From Octopus sinensis (taxonomy: Eukaryota), in the NCBI RefSeq assembly GCF_006345805.1, contig NC_042999.1:86676001-86740000 (forward strand): DNA of 64,000 bases, given 5' to 3'. The position numbers and the translations under genes were made by a program. The notes under the pieces are model-generated. The model ran no database searches and was not told where the DNA came from. It worked only from the letters and a program-made list of their open reading frames with translations. Positions 13,011 through 26,487 of this stretch are shown here, piece by piece (the first letter of the stretch is position 1; each line of letters begins with the position of its first letter).

Positions 13011-13963
13011 CGTATATATGTGTGTATATATGTGTGTGTGTGTATGTATGTATGTAGGTATGTATGTATGTAAGTATATTTGTATATATGTATGTGTGAT
13101 TTTATGTGCGTGTGTATGTAAGTAGGTATACATATATGTGTGTGTGTAAGTATATATGTATATATATGTATGTGTGTGTGTGTGCATGTGTGTGTAGGAA
13201 TGTATGTAGGTGTCTAGGTGCGCGCGCTCGTATACGTGTGTGCGCGCGAGCGTGTTTAAGTATAAGTTTGATATTTGAGTAGTTGAAAATCTGCTTGTCA
13301 TTTCCGAAGTGGTATTGATCCATATATAATCTCAACAATTGAACTAAATGATATATATAACATGCCCTGAAAGAAGAAATTGCTATAAAAACGAGTACCA
13401 CGTCTTATGTATTATTTCAGGACGCATAATGAAGTGCACTATGTTTTCTCATAGCTACGCAACAGCTAAGGGTCTCATTAAACATGACACATTTGATTTA
13501 CAGGATAAGCTGCTGATTAGCTACACGTTTGGTTTGGAAGATTAACTTCCACTTACTTCTAAGCAATCTGATCATATTGTTGTAGGGCGCACAGAAACTG
13601 TGGCGAATAAGCAAACATTTAGATCAGTTTTTATATGTTTGGGATATATCATATATGGCCCGCACAAAGGCCATATTCGCTGTTATTTATCGTTGGAAAA
13701 AATCTCTCGCTTTAGGCAAGAGGCGTTGAAAAATTCCAGTGTTCACTTCAATGCACTCTCGATAGGAATCTGTAAATGCATTTCTAGTTCTCTACTATTA
13801 GCACCGTGTACTACAAGAGAGATAACCTGGAGATGGCTTTGGAAGCATCTGTCTCCTTAAAGTAAATCAGCATCAAAACGTAAGCTGGTTATGCGTCACG
13901 CAGGCCCCGTTTAAGCGTGCATAATATATTATTGAGATAAATACTTGCAAACTTATAAGATGC

Positions 13964-14026
13964 ATGCATACATACATACATACATACATACACACACACA
14001 CCCACATACATACATACATACATACA

Positions 14027-14060
<34 letters not shown>

Positions 14061-14118
14061 CATACACACACACATACATACATACATACATACATACATA
14101 CATACATACATACATACA

Positions 14119-14150
<32 letters not shown>
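13964..14150. repeat. (TACA)n/(CA)n microsatellite
   Basis: Directly visible. Confidence 0.95.
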
Positions 14151-14431
14151 CTTCATTTAAATGGCTCTGAGGAAGCTACAGGATGCCGTGTGAGTGCTCA
14201 GTTCTGAGTGCAGTGTTTCTTATGGCAGAAACAGCTCTAAGCTAATGAAAATGGTTGAGTAACTCCTGTTTTCATTTTTGTTTTCTTTATGTCATTCATT
14301 TATTGATATTATGCCCTGTACTCACCTAACACTTTACTTTAAAGCATAAGTATTCCGAGCTCTAACAAGTTGTTATTAGTATCAATATACCTAAGCGAAG
14401 TCAGATAACGCACGCGCGTGCCTGTGTGAGG

Positions 14432-14647
14432 CAGGTTCATTCCGCCTTACTTGGTGCCTGTTAATGCCGTGCATCCGCTTGTCACTTACCAAGAGGTAAA
14501 TGGTGCTTCGATATATAGACAAGTTTTCCGCAATACCAGTGAGTGTATTATTCACTGTTACCTATATATCGAAAGGCGGATTTCACTAAGCAATTGCCAA
14601 GCGGGTGCACAGCATTAGCAAGCACCAAGTAAGACGAAATGAAGCTG
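14432..14647. other. Long fold-back element (46-bp imperfect arms plus nested inverted repeats); MITE or structured RNA, unassigned
   Basis: Arm 14436-14481 versus reverse complement of 14598-14643: 40/46 identical, all mismatches transitions. Inner perfect 12-bp IR TTCGATATATAG / CTATATATCGAA and apical CAGTGAGT..ATTCACTG hairpin. Confidence 0.8.
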
Positions 14648-14761
14648 TTGTTCAAATGTGTCACTACTGCAATGATGTTTACCTCGCTCTGATTAGTATA
14701 TCCAATAACGTTGCACCGTTGTATTTAGTGGCTATTTAAGCAATGCGTTCGTGGATGATTA

Positions 14762-14822
14762 AGGGGTTAGATGAGTGCTGATGAAGGGAAAAAACTCCCG
14801 AAATATGGCATATACGACCCTT
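14762..14822 (+). ncRNA. Degenerate type I hammerhead-like motif
   Basis: CUGAUGA(14778-84)-A-GGGA aaaaac UCCC-GAAA-UAUGGCAUA-UA. Near-palindromic stem III; proximal stem I only 2 bp. Confidence 0.35.
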
Positions 14823-15069
14823 ACCCTTTTTTCATCTTCGATCTCATTTTTTGCTTACATCTGACATTTCGCGTACGAAATGTCTTAACAAAATTAGTGC
14901 TGGCTATAATTTGTATAGAATATCTGTAGAGATAACCTTAACGAGTGTTTTTAACACATATTTGCGAAGAGATTTTTCTCTTAGACAAGACCTCCGCACT
15001 ATGATTTTCAACGCTGTATATACATTTAGTATGATACATAGAGGGTGATATCAGTATACATGAGCACGC

Positions 15070-15087
15070 GCACAGACACACACACAC

Positions 15088-15146
<59 letters not shown>

Positions 15147-15190
15147 ACACACACACACGTAAACACACGCACGTACACACACACACACAG
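15070..15190. repeat. (CA)n microsatellite
   Basis: Directly visible. Confidence 0.95.
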
Positions 15191-16567
15191 AGCCAGACAG
15201 ACAAACACACACGTGTACATATGCAACACCCTGCGCCGCGTGCGCAACGTTAATTCTAACTCAGGCTTTTTATCAACCAAAGTAACAATTTCCTGTAGAA
15301 TGGAAAGAGGTACACCCACATATTTTCTCACTAAGACATCTTAGATTTGAAAACTTGTCATCATTTTAAAGATTTTAAGGAATGTTCAAAGTATCAGGTC
15401 ATCTTCATTCAACATTTGACGATCTGATTGGTCCATTCAATGTAAGAAGTTGTCCTACTATTTATGTGTAATTTTACCTAACAAATAGATTGATTTCTCA
15501 TAATTTGGGTATTTACAAGAATTCTTTCCTAATGTTTAACTAAAGCATTTCATTTCGAATCGTTTAATATTCAATCAGACAAAACGAAATGCATGCCGCA
15601 TGTTTGTAGGAAACTTGGGGAGGATTACTTCTAATGATTTTAACTTTAACAGTTTGTGATGCCTTGCTTATATAAAATCACATAAAAGAAACTGTATGTG
15701 TAATATAAGATTACAAACGAGAAGAAAATCCCCTTAGTCTTGATAACTACCTTGACAACAATCTTGATAACCAGTAAGCGAGGGAGCCTCTACGTGGTCA
15801 CTCAACGTGCTAAAAATATCAAGCAAATTTCCCTCAAATCAGAAAGAAAATACTCATTGGATGATGTGTTTCTAGATATACTATGCCGGGAAAAAGGGAG
15901 ATAAAGGCTATGACGGAAACGTCTGTGATCATAGGACTGCTAATGATATGTTGTTTTTCTTCAGAAAAAAAACATAATATGATAAGGAATAACTTATCTT
16001 GGATTAGGCATATTTCATTCAACTCGTATATAAAGCTTTCTTGATAGACAAGAGATATTGATCAGGCTCTGGTATACATTGACCAACATTAACAAGATAT
16101 TACAAACCATGAAAAGACAGAAATGCTTCGGTTACATTTCATTGCCCTTGGTTTTCGAGTATGGAGGGATCAGTCATGTGACTGGAGGAAATAATTTATA
16201 TTTTCCTGGCAGTTAATCTTATTTCTCAATGCCCTACACCGCTTTTGACCCGTAAATGCGCTAAACATATCTCAGAATGTTAATTCTAGGGATGTGATTA
16301 ATACTCTCCCTTCAGAACCTTTACTTTTAGTGGCAGTTTTAATTGGCGTAACCCGAATTAGATTGTAAAATAGTAGTTAAAAATAATCGAAACTTTACAC
16401 GGGAAGTTCGAATTAAATCTAAACATATGTAAGAACAGGTACCAGACGGTGTTCAAAGAATGAACCGATCGAAAGATACCAGAATATAAACTATTACTTT
16501 ATCTTTATCTCATCTTAGAAATATAAACATATATATATATATATATATATGTTTATACACACACACA

Positions 16568-16612
<45 letters not shown>

Positions 16613-16751
16613 ACACACACACATAAACACACACACAGACACACACATACGCACATATATATGATAGATCGCTAGCAAAATGATCGACTGGTCATATATA
16701 CATACATGTATATTATCCGAAGTGTACAGTATTATATATCCATTTCGGTCG

Positions 16752-16834
16752 ATCTTACCAATTGGTTTCGCGGTAAGGATTCAACGGAGCGTTAGGTAAC
16801 AATCCAATTATGTAACCCTGCGCTCATCAGAGGT
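16752..16834 (-). ncRNA. Type I hammerhead candidate with extended, branched stem II
   Basis: Minus strand ACCU-CUGAUGA-GCG...CGC-GAAA-CCAAUUGG-UA^AGAU. Complete core and palindromic stem III; stem I only 3 of 4 pairs. Confidence 0.5.
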
Positions 16835-17803
16835 AGTTGCTATGGAATGAAATATGGCGACTGCTCTCTATTGTTTGTTGTATCTCTGTTGCTCAATAAA
16901 TTGGGTGGCTAAAAACCCGACTCTTATATAGAGCCTCTCATTTTAATGATTTTATATTTAAATTCAAACCTTTTTATCATAATTAAAACTTTTTGTGGGA
17001 TTATTTTCTAAACATTAACTTATTAATGACAGTTTTATTAATTAAGGAAAGATACCCCTTTAAATTTTTGATTGGCTTCAAAATTAATTAAAACACAAAA
17101 AGTTCCGTGTTTTCTTTGCAATATGGCCAGAAATAGGTCAAAACAATACAATCTTACTGAAATTTCATCCTGAATGCGTAACACAAATAAATGTCTAAAA
17201 GATGATATCCTGATGAATAGATCTGAATGAAAAAATTCAAAGCTATACCTTGAATGTTAGTAAAATATTATCATTGAAAAAACTGCCTCACAGAGAATCT
17301 TGTGTCTTATACTCTAATATAATAATAACAATTAATCTTCAGCTTTGAGACATCCGCTTTTCGAGATGTTAATAACCGATTATCATTCCTTAATTACCCT
17401 CTCCACAAACACATTGACAAAAGTCCATACATGAACTTTCATATCACTCCTGTCTCAAACACTTATATGATGTCCTTTTCATACTCCCAATTGCACGGTT
17501 GCCCCTCACGCGTACAAATTCTAGTATGACGATACCGGCTGAATTATTACTACTTCTACCACCTTCTCTCTCTCTTTCGCCCGCACCTCTCTCTGTCTTT
17601 CTCTCCCTCTTTCCCGCTCTCACTCTCTCTCTCTTTCTCTCTCACACACTTCCCCACTTCCTCAAACACGCCTCATTTTTACACACCCTCCACGTTTACT
17701 TAGGCTCCTCGTTTTCTTCATCTGAAGAAGAAGTTGGTTTCTAACGATAAAAAAAAAGAAGAAAAAACAAAGCTCCATGGAATGTAGATTACAAAAGCAA
17801 TGT

Positions 17804-19010
17804 CATATTTTAAACTTGAGAAAAATCTTGCATATTTTTACTGTTCCACTTGCAGACTGTATTTGTAATGCGCGAGTTAATTGATTGATTTCTTTTTCTG
17901 AAAACCTTAGCTTATTCAAATTGTCACCTAGGAAAACACTCACAAAAGAAGGTGCACTAATTATATTATGGCATAAATGTGAATTTGGAATTTGGATATA
18001 GAAACAGGAGATTTCAAAGTAGTTGTCCTTTAGTAATCCTCTTTCTTTTTGATTTTCAAAGAGATATTCACGTCAGCAGAACAGCTGACCTCTAGAACGC
18101 TACATACTTTTTTTTGCTTGTTCCAAACAATATCCAGCCTCTGATACTCACACTTGACAGATGACTGTTCTCTCTGTTGATGTATGTGTACGTATTCAAT
18201 AACAGGAAGATTCTCTATATTTATTCCAGGATTGTCTTTTTTCCGGAGGGAATTGTTTATTGTTTTTGCGACAACATTGTGTCGCATCGGGAGGTAGTAC
18301 CTTGGTGACAATTTGGGTAGCTGTTAATCGCGTATGATGTCTTCTACAGAAATATGGCATTTTCGGTTGAATCTTGGAACTCTAATGGTTGTCTCTTTTG
18401 TTTATTGGGTATTGCATAGCAATCTCCTGTTCTTCGATTGAAACTGCATAACCTTCGAAGTGTGATGTAGCGGTCACGAGTTCAAGTGTGGCTTCGCTTC
18501 ATATTCATACTACTGTCTTTTTCCAGTCTTCAGAGAACACACCCATGCGTAGTCTTCTTTCTTCTTTTTTTGAGGTGTGTGTGGGTGGAGTGGGGGTATG
18601 CTGAGTGTTTCTCATCCAGGTCTTCTTTAAGGTATGAGCGTTTCTCACCCTGGTCTTCTTTAAGGCTGTTTTGGTGTTATATGGGAAGTCACCAAGAAGA
18701 GAGTGCTTTCTGAGGAGCTCACTACAGACATGTAGGATGTTGTTCTCTTTACTTTTCAGTTTATTAATTATTTTTGCTGCTGTTATTTAGCAGTTACTGT
18801 CTGAAAGAGACTATATGACATTCGAAGGCTGTCTGCACCGATCTTAAGCCTCAACTTCTTTCATCTCTTCGTAGGTAGAGCCTGCCGGTATCACTATTTC
18901 CAGTTCATGTCAGTATCTTGAGGTTTTTAAAGTTTATCGAATGGATTTGTTCTGCAGACCAGCCAAGTATCCCAAATGTTTGAATCAGCACTGGTATTGT
19001 AAATACATTG
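17804..19010 (-). mobile_element. Decayed RLE-type non-LTR retrotransposon (second family): end of RT, zinc knuckle and endonuclease
   Basis: Minus-strand FTIPVLIQTFGILGWSAEQIHSI ... SDTGRLYLRRDERS*GLRSVQTAFECHIVS; TSHFEGYAVSIEEQEIA; CHISVEDII; SPRYYLPMRHNVVAKTI; RLDIVWNKQKKVCSVLEVSCSADVNI; LQIQSASGTVKICKIFLKFKI*. Confidence 0.85.
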
Positions 19011-19468
19011 TGGGATATGTATATAAATGCTGATATGTAGAGATATGAATGTATGAATGTATGAAAGCATGTGTAGGCTTTCACTTCCTATACGCCAGCT
19101 CAATTTGATTTGTTTCCAGTTGAAAGACGCCTGTTGTTATTTCTTGTTGATTGTATTCGTAATTGTGTAACATGTTCTCCGTTTTTTTTGTTTGTTTATT
19201 TTTTTGTCTTTGTTACCGTACATATTCGCTAGCTTTCTTACAAAGGGGTCTAATACTATTAGCTTAAACTTTTTGTAGGGGCAACTAGATCGAACTATCT
19301 TAAGTGTTACTGCCCGAAATGGTCGTGACTTCTGGAACTTGACTGATAAAAGAAAGCCAAGAATGACTCGTCTTTTTTGCCTGTTCTTCTACTTGTTGTT
19401 TCTCTTGTCCGCCTTTGTATCGTCTATCTGCCCGAACGTTTTAATGTCCTCTATTGTGTTTTTGTTCC

Positions 19469-19500
<32 letters not shown>

Positions 19501-22500
19501 GAAAAAATTCAGGAGGTATGAGATGAATATATTTATTTCACTAGTTGATATCCATAAGATTACGATCGTTTCGCAGTCAATGTCATAGATATTCTGTGAT
19601 CTGAAGAGCAAGCCTACCTTACTTGTATTATCTTATAAATTGTGAAATAGTACTATATAATTTACAACATATACACTAATACAGACATGTAAAATGATTT
19701 ATTATACACTGAGGTGAATTATTTTTCTACAATGATGGCTGCCAAATGATAGGTAATTTTATAGATATCAATTGGTGAAATATATATTTTCATCCCGTAC
19801 TTCCTGAATTTTTTAATATTTTAATACTCCTAATGAAATAATCATTACTAATTAGATTTACTGGATTTTAACTGCATTGCACTATACATCACACATCTTT
19901 GTATTGATTTACTATGTGGTTTGTAGTCTGGTTCACTAAATGTGCTTTTTTGTGAGTACCACCATTAAATCCATATATTGTGCGTTATATATATATATAT
20001 ATGTGCGTGTGTGTGTGTGTGTGAATTTGTGCGTATGTGTATATATACGTATATATATGTATGTGTGTGTATGTATGTATATATGTATATATGTAATGCA
20101 TGATACATAATGTTGTACATTATTAATAAACGATAATTTAACGAAAATTGAACCACACATCTTTTGCTTACAAGGAAACCTTTATAATACTTACACTATA
20201 GGGAGCCTGGCGCTTTTCTTTTCTCAAACTGTTTATCGACTATACGGAACTGTCATCTCAACACGGGCGTCACGGGTATTTCATCTGGAATTTGTCAGCA
20301 TCCTATATATATGCGCACGCGCACACACACACTCGCCCGCGCGCATTCACATACAGAAAACAATGTATGTGTTAGTTGCTCAGAAATTTCATCTGTATGT
20401 GTGCGCGTGCGAGCGTGTTTACATTTCAGCATAACGTTGCGTTGATGTGGACATGAGAATACGGAAAGGGATAAAGATGTCAGAAGCCTACCTTCTCACA
20501 TTTTTATCTCTGTATACTCTTCATGTCGGCACCAACACTCTGTGGAAATGTAAACATTTATTCGTTGTTCAATCCTAGGTTAACCAAAAATAATTTCAAA
20601 CACACACACATACACACACAAGCACACACGCATACATACACACATACATACATACATGCATACATACATAGGTGTATATATATTTGTGTGTGTGTGTTTG
20701 TGTGTGTTAGAATTCCTTATGTAAAATCAATGACTATGTAGATTTTAGAATTCCAGGCAAAGTAGAACATTTATTAAAGCGTCTTGGTGATGGTTTCGCT
20801 GGTAGCGATAGGGTATCAACTGCTGGCAATATGAGACCCTTAATTTCATTGAAAACTTAAGATTATAGCTATACATATCAAAAGAATGTCTGCACTGTTT
20901 AACTGTATTATTTAATTGTAACATTTGCTATTATGATATCTAATCTTAAAATACAATAAACGCTTAAATTGTCTTTACAAGAAAGCATTTTTGAAAGTTT
21001 CTCTGGGGTCATAAATTTTATAGAATATGATATTAGGCACAATATATTGTGGACATATTATGAGCCACTTTCTTCAATGTATCATAACAAATTACTGAAA
21101 ATACGTCTCTCTTGAGAAATATAAAAACAATTATCAAAGTTCGCCTCGCTAATGAGCAAATATTTGCTAAACTTCTCCGAGATTTTATATTGTTTTATTT
21201 TTGTTTATATGCAGAGTTTTTATGTATTTCTTTTTTATTTAGTAAATATAATTAGAGCAATGCTTTCCTTCAGAAGATTTGATGCTGTAAAAATACTTTG
21301 TTGCTGAAAAATGTCTTTGAATTGAAGACGTTAGTCGCCATGATATCTCTATAGATTTAACCTCTATTTTGAATAGAAAGTTGCAAGAAGAAAGGAAAAC
21401 ACAAAATAGCTGGCAGTTGCCAAAACATTCTAAACAAGGCAAAATAAATATCATTTGGTGTTTGTGAATATTGAAAAGCTATGTGGTTAATTAACTACAC
21501 ATCTCTGACTAATTCTTAATTACTTTATCAGGTAAGATCTTTTTCCCATGCGTTCTAGAATTGTGTAGTTCTTGGAAAGAAATTTGTATTCAATACGAGT
21601 GGTACTTGTTATTTTACTTGGATAACATATATCTCGTGTAACTTGTATTATTTACTCGAAATATGTCAGTATAAACCAAAGTCGCACTATTAGATTGCCG
21701 GTTATCTTCTGCATGGCATTTGAACACACCGTGTCAATAAACCTCATTTCTTACAGTAAGGACGGAGGATGGGGAGAAGGGATGAAAATACTTTCCCCAA
21801 TGGTAACAGCTGCAACATGCAAATAAGACAGTCTCAACGGGGAATCGAAACTAGGAGTAATTATACATAATTACGAACTCTAAGATTCACGTGAAATATA
21901 GAAAGGGTCGAAAATTATAAGTAGCGGAAACAGTCCCAAGTACCAAACGGTTTTCGGACACACTTCTAGGAAGTATATCGCCAACGGCTAGAAGTCTAAA
22001 ACCTTCCTTAGAATGTATCTATGAATAAAAAAGATGAGTACTTTTCTTTGAAACTTTATTTTTAATTTCTCAGATTTCCACACGATTTTCTCGGCAGATA
22101 TTTTATGTAGCTTGGGTTTCCTAATTAAATTTTATTGACGTTTGAATATCACGTGATGCTATATTCAGCATGCCTGGCCATAGAATGACGGTTGTTGTTA
22201 CTTTATATTCTTTTTATCTGACATCTGATGTGGTATTATAAAGGGTGTGGTGATTTGCATATTGGCATTAGTGGGAACAGTTTTAATGCATTCTCCGTAT
22301 GTTGCTCTTGTGTGTTGAGGATTGCTATATGTTTATTTAAAAGTTCATCAAGACAATTTCCCATTTAGATCAAGTGTCTCTTAAATACATACCAGCACAT
22401 AATGTAACTATGGAAACTGTTATGTTTTATTACCGACGTTCTCTTCCGGTGCCCCAAAGCAAACTGCACCAACAGACTGAAGGTGTTTGTAGATTCTTAA

Positions 22501-23071
22501 AAACAACATTGACTTCGAAAACAAAGAAATAAAAAATGCTTCACTTGCATGTGATCTACTAAATATAAATTGCCTAAAGGTGGATGTTATTTTCTTATTA
22601 TAAAATATGAAATGAATGCATACAGAAAACAGAAATCCCAGGAACAGTTAACAGTATTAAGATTTAACACTAAAATAGAGGAGAATGTTTTTTTTATATC
22701 AAAATGCATATTTTATGATCAAATACAAAAACAATCTCAGATTTTCAGTAAGGCAAGGTGTGTTGATGTTCATGCTTTACTAAAAAGAATTAGTGGCGTT
22801 ACTGAAATATTCTGAAACTGGGAATCATAAAAAGGTAACAAACTCAGCACACTAGGGTTTTATTTCTCATTCTATGAGTGTAGCCATTTTTATAATATTG
22901 ATATTGATGTCTTCCACCTTGGCACTATATCTTAAATATTCATACCTCACCCATGAGCATTAGAGAGGCGAAGTGGATATTAAGAGAAAATTGAAACCTG
23001 TGCACTGGGCTGTATTCACTAGAATGTAACTTCTGAGGACAGCAAAAATGGCTCTATTTATCAATAGTATT

Positions 23072-23408
23072 GAACGAGGGTTTTCAATCACTTTTTTTCT
23101 TTGAAACCCTTTGGTTACTATTTTATGCTAGTGGACCCCCATAGCCATTCTACCATTCTATGTTTAAAAACTAGTTTTATAGAAACTTCTTTCAAAATTC
23201 CTAATTTGTTTTCCACACATTTACCTGTGTAGGCTGAACTACGTAAAATGTTTCTTGCAATACATATCAATACATACATTTAAAGCAATTTTTTTCTGGG
23301 CCCTTAAAATACTATTGTAAATGCCCAATTTAGTATTTTGTTATGCGGAACCCCCAAAATCTTATATGGACCTTCAGATGCCATATGGACCGCAGTTGAG
23401 AACCACTG
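23072..23408. mobile_element. hAT-like MITE (CAGTGGTTCTCAAC-type ends)
   Basis: Right end GTTGAGAACCACTG, degenerate left end. The interior (CTATGTTTAAAAACTAGTTT.ATAGAAACTTCT) is shared with 47963-48215. Confidence 0.6.
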
Positions 23409-23424
23409 GTATAAATGAATACAT

Positions 23425-23692
23425 TCACGTGATCCCGTGACCGACCAGGTAATCAGATGCTGTTACACATTGCTGGTCACAATGCACTTTTGCATCACTT
23501 TAGCCTTCAAATGACGCCACCCCGCTAGCTAGCCGAGCAGGCCAACATTACCCAACTGATCGAAAGGGGGAATGGAGCAACGTGAAATGAAGTGTTTTAT
23601 TCAAGAGCACAGCACGCCATCCGGTCTGGAAATCAAAGCCACGATCTAGTGATCGTGAGTGCGACAGCTTAACCACGAGGCCACACACCTTC
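23425..23692 (-). mobile_element. SINE family C
   Basis: Reverse-complement homologue of 2031-2310. Confidence 0.75.
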
Positions 23693-26415
23693 ACTGATAC
23701 TAAATTATTGCTAAAACGTTAATTAGATACCTGTTTCTTGTTTCTATCATAAGAGGTTTCTTAATTTATTGAAAAACAATTGCTTTAATAAGTCACAAAT
23801 ATTCTATCATCAGGATTTAAAGCTCACTGTCACTAAAATATGAAAAAGGTTTAACAATACACCATACAAGTATAAAATGTTTTAAATCGATTATCATAAA
23901 AAAAACGTTATTGAAAAATAGATTAATATTGTTGAATTAAAAGTTAGTATGTGATAAATGTAAAAGAGAAGAATTACTTGAAACGTGATATGTCTTTCTT
24001 TACCTCGATACACTTCAGTTTTCTGGCTTTTTACATACATATATATATATGGCAAAAATTTAGATTCAGATGAATATGGTACTTTAGTTGAGGCACCAGA
24101 GTTTAGTACGGTACTATCCATACAATTTCAAAATAAGGTGATTAGAATCAAAATAAGCAATGGATCGCTGGATATCTCTGATATGACAAAGGAATAAACA
24201 ATTATGTAATGAAGTTCATTTGCTTACCGCTGATTCTACTATAAGATGCAATGTACTCACAGCTGAGTGCTTAAATATCATCTCATAGCTTCATCGTAGC
24301 TAAGATCTGATGAAGCTATAGGGTGTTGTTCATTGAGTTTGTAAAAATCATTTGCACCAACTTCAGATTGTTCCCTGATAAATCTGTGTTGAAGTTCCCT
24401 TAAGTTGGCACTATTCTAAGATTTCATAGTTGTGGTTGCTGTTTAGCCCTGACTCAGTCATTAGAATTAAAAATGCCTTTCAACTGTTACCATTTTCTCT
24501 TATATCACAGACTATATTGCATAGTTTACTACGTCCGATTTTATGCACATCGATCAAGTTTGGTTTCAGCGTTTACTCAAGAAGGGATTTAAAAAACCCG
24601 TTTATTCTGAGTGTTTTATTCAGTTTTCAAACAGCTACCATCATCTCTCCTTTCTCGTTTTTTCTATTTACCCATCTCCCTTTATCTGTCTCATTCTATA
24701 TATCTCTTTATTCTACTTGTTGAGAGAGAGAGAGAGAGAGAGATAAAGAAAGAGAAGGGAAGCAATAGAAAGATGAATGAGAGACTGAAATGAAGATGAT
24801 CATAGAGTTTGACGCCATGTAAACTGTATTTTAGAATCCTTCGTTAAATAACATTCTCCCTTAACTGTTGGTTTCTAATTTTTTTTCCAAATCTACATAC
24901 ATTTCACCTTCCTATATTTTTCCTATTTTCATTTTTAATGGTCGTGGTGGTGTTGGTGGTGGGGGATAGGATGTAGTTTGAGCGGGATTTGGTTGCTATT
25001 TCTCAAAATGTACATAATTTCCCTGTTATGCGGATGTTTGCTTCGTTGTTTCAGAATATATACTTACAATACACAGGCACACACGCATATACAGACATAC
25101 AGATTTCGAGAATAAACAACCGTTTTGAAAAATATTATTGGGGAAGCAGTGTATTTTAAAGCATACAATTTGAAGTGGATGAACTAAAACACTTTGATAG
25201 CAGGTAATTATTAAAAGAAACGGAATTAATATCATGCGGTATAAAAAGATGTCTGTCATTAGAGTCACTATTGTAATATTTAAGTCGTAAAATAATCACA
25301 CGTTTCAATCAGTTTAACGTATATGTACCCACTCGTGTGTAAGTATTCATACCTCAATGAATATAAAATTCTAGTCCCATACAGTTAAGTTAGTATAGAA
25401 GCAGTTTGCCACCCACTAAAACAGTAATTTAATCCTCGAGTGCGATCTATTAAAAAGCAATAATAATTGTCTAACAATGAAGAGTTAAGATTTTACGTTT
25501 ATTTCTTAAACAAGAGGATTGTTCAGTTGTATGTAGGACCGTTTAAACTACGTTTTATTCATCCTACCTTCTACTACTAACATTTAATGTGTTTTTGTAA
25601 CTTACTCACGAGGAGTTTAAGTAATTTTCCTCTCTAATTATTATTCTCTTTCTCATACATGCACACATGATATAGTATGAAACAGTTTGGTAATCACATT
25701 ATTTCCGTTACCTGTATAAATCTTCGAGCAGACAAACTAAGTCTATATTTAATCAGAAGCTCAATAGATATAATCAAGAAATATATCTAAGAAACCCACA
25801 GTATCAATATCAAAATTTGAACTTTAAACTTCTAAATTGCAAAGAAAGAAATTAAAATAATATAATACACTTCCGATGAAATCCGTTAGCCTGATGTGCT
25901 TTTTTTCACGTTAACTCATAAAACTGGCATGAGTAAGGTATAATTTGATGACAAGCTACTGAATATATGTGAGTACTTCTAAAGTGCTTACGAAGGAAAA
26001 GCGCAGAGTGGTGCCGAGAATTAGCTGGGTTTTCATGCTATCAAATTCACATGGTGTAAAATATGGGGAGCTAGATTCAATATTAAAGTGCTCAGGCTCT
26101 GCTGGCTTTTCTAGTGACGCCAATAAAAAAAACAACGACCTTTATTGTATTGTTACAAAGCTGCACCATGCTGATTAAGTCCGGTTGTTTCAGTGCAACC
26201 ATTACTGACAATAGTAAGGTTCAACGTCGGAATGATACCGAAAATAAGTCAAAGGTTTAATTAGTTCCTTTAAATAAAAATGTCTCTTACCGTTATAAGT
26301 AATTTAATAGCGGGCATAAAAATTAATTATTTAATATATAAATTAACATAATTCCAATGCCAATCCATGCTACACTGGAAACGTGCACGATATATGTATG
26401 TATATATGTATAAGT

Positions 26416-26487
<72 letters not shown>

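Noticed and set aside
13400-13880. Several acceptor- and donor-like sites (TTTCAG, TTACAG, GTAAGC) suggesting exons
   Set aside because: No consistent open frame or recognisable protein between them.
17210-17240. CTGATGA...GAAA
   Set aside because: Stem II has only 2 bp, and there is no usable stem III or stem I.
22200-22450. Possible APE endonuclease remnant on the minus strand (NGKL, ELLNKHIAILNT)
   Set aside because: Too degenerate to support without an alignment.
24285-24319. Perfect 11-bp inverted repeat containing CTGATGA
   Set aside because: No GAAA or stem III follows; the repeat is short enough to be a chance or slippage product.
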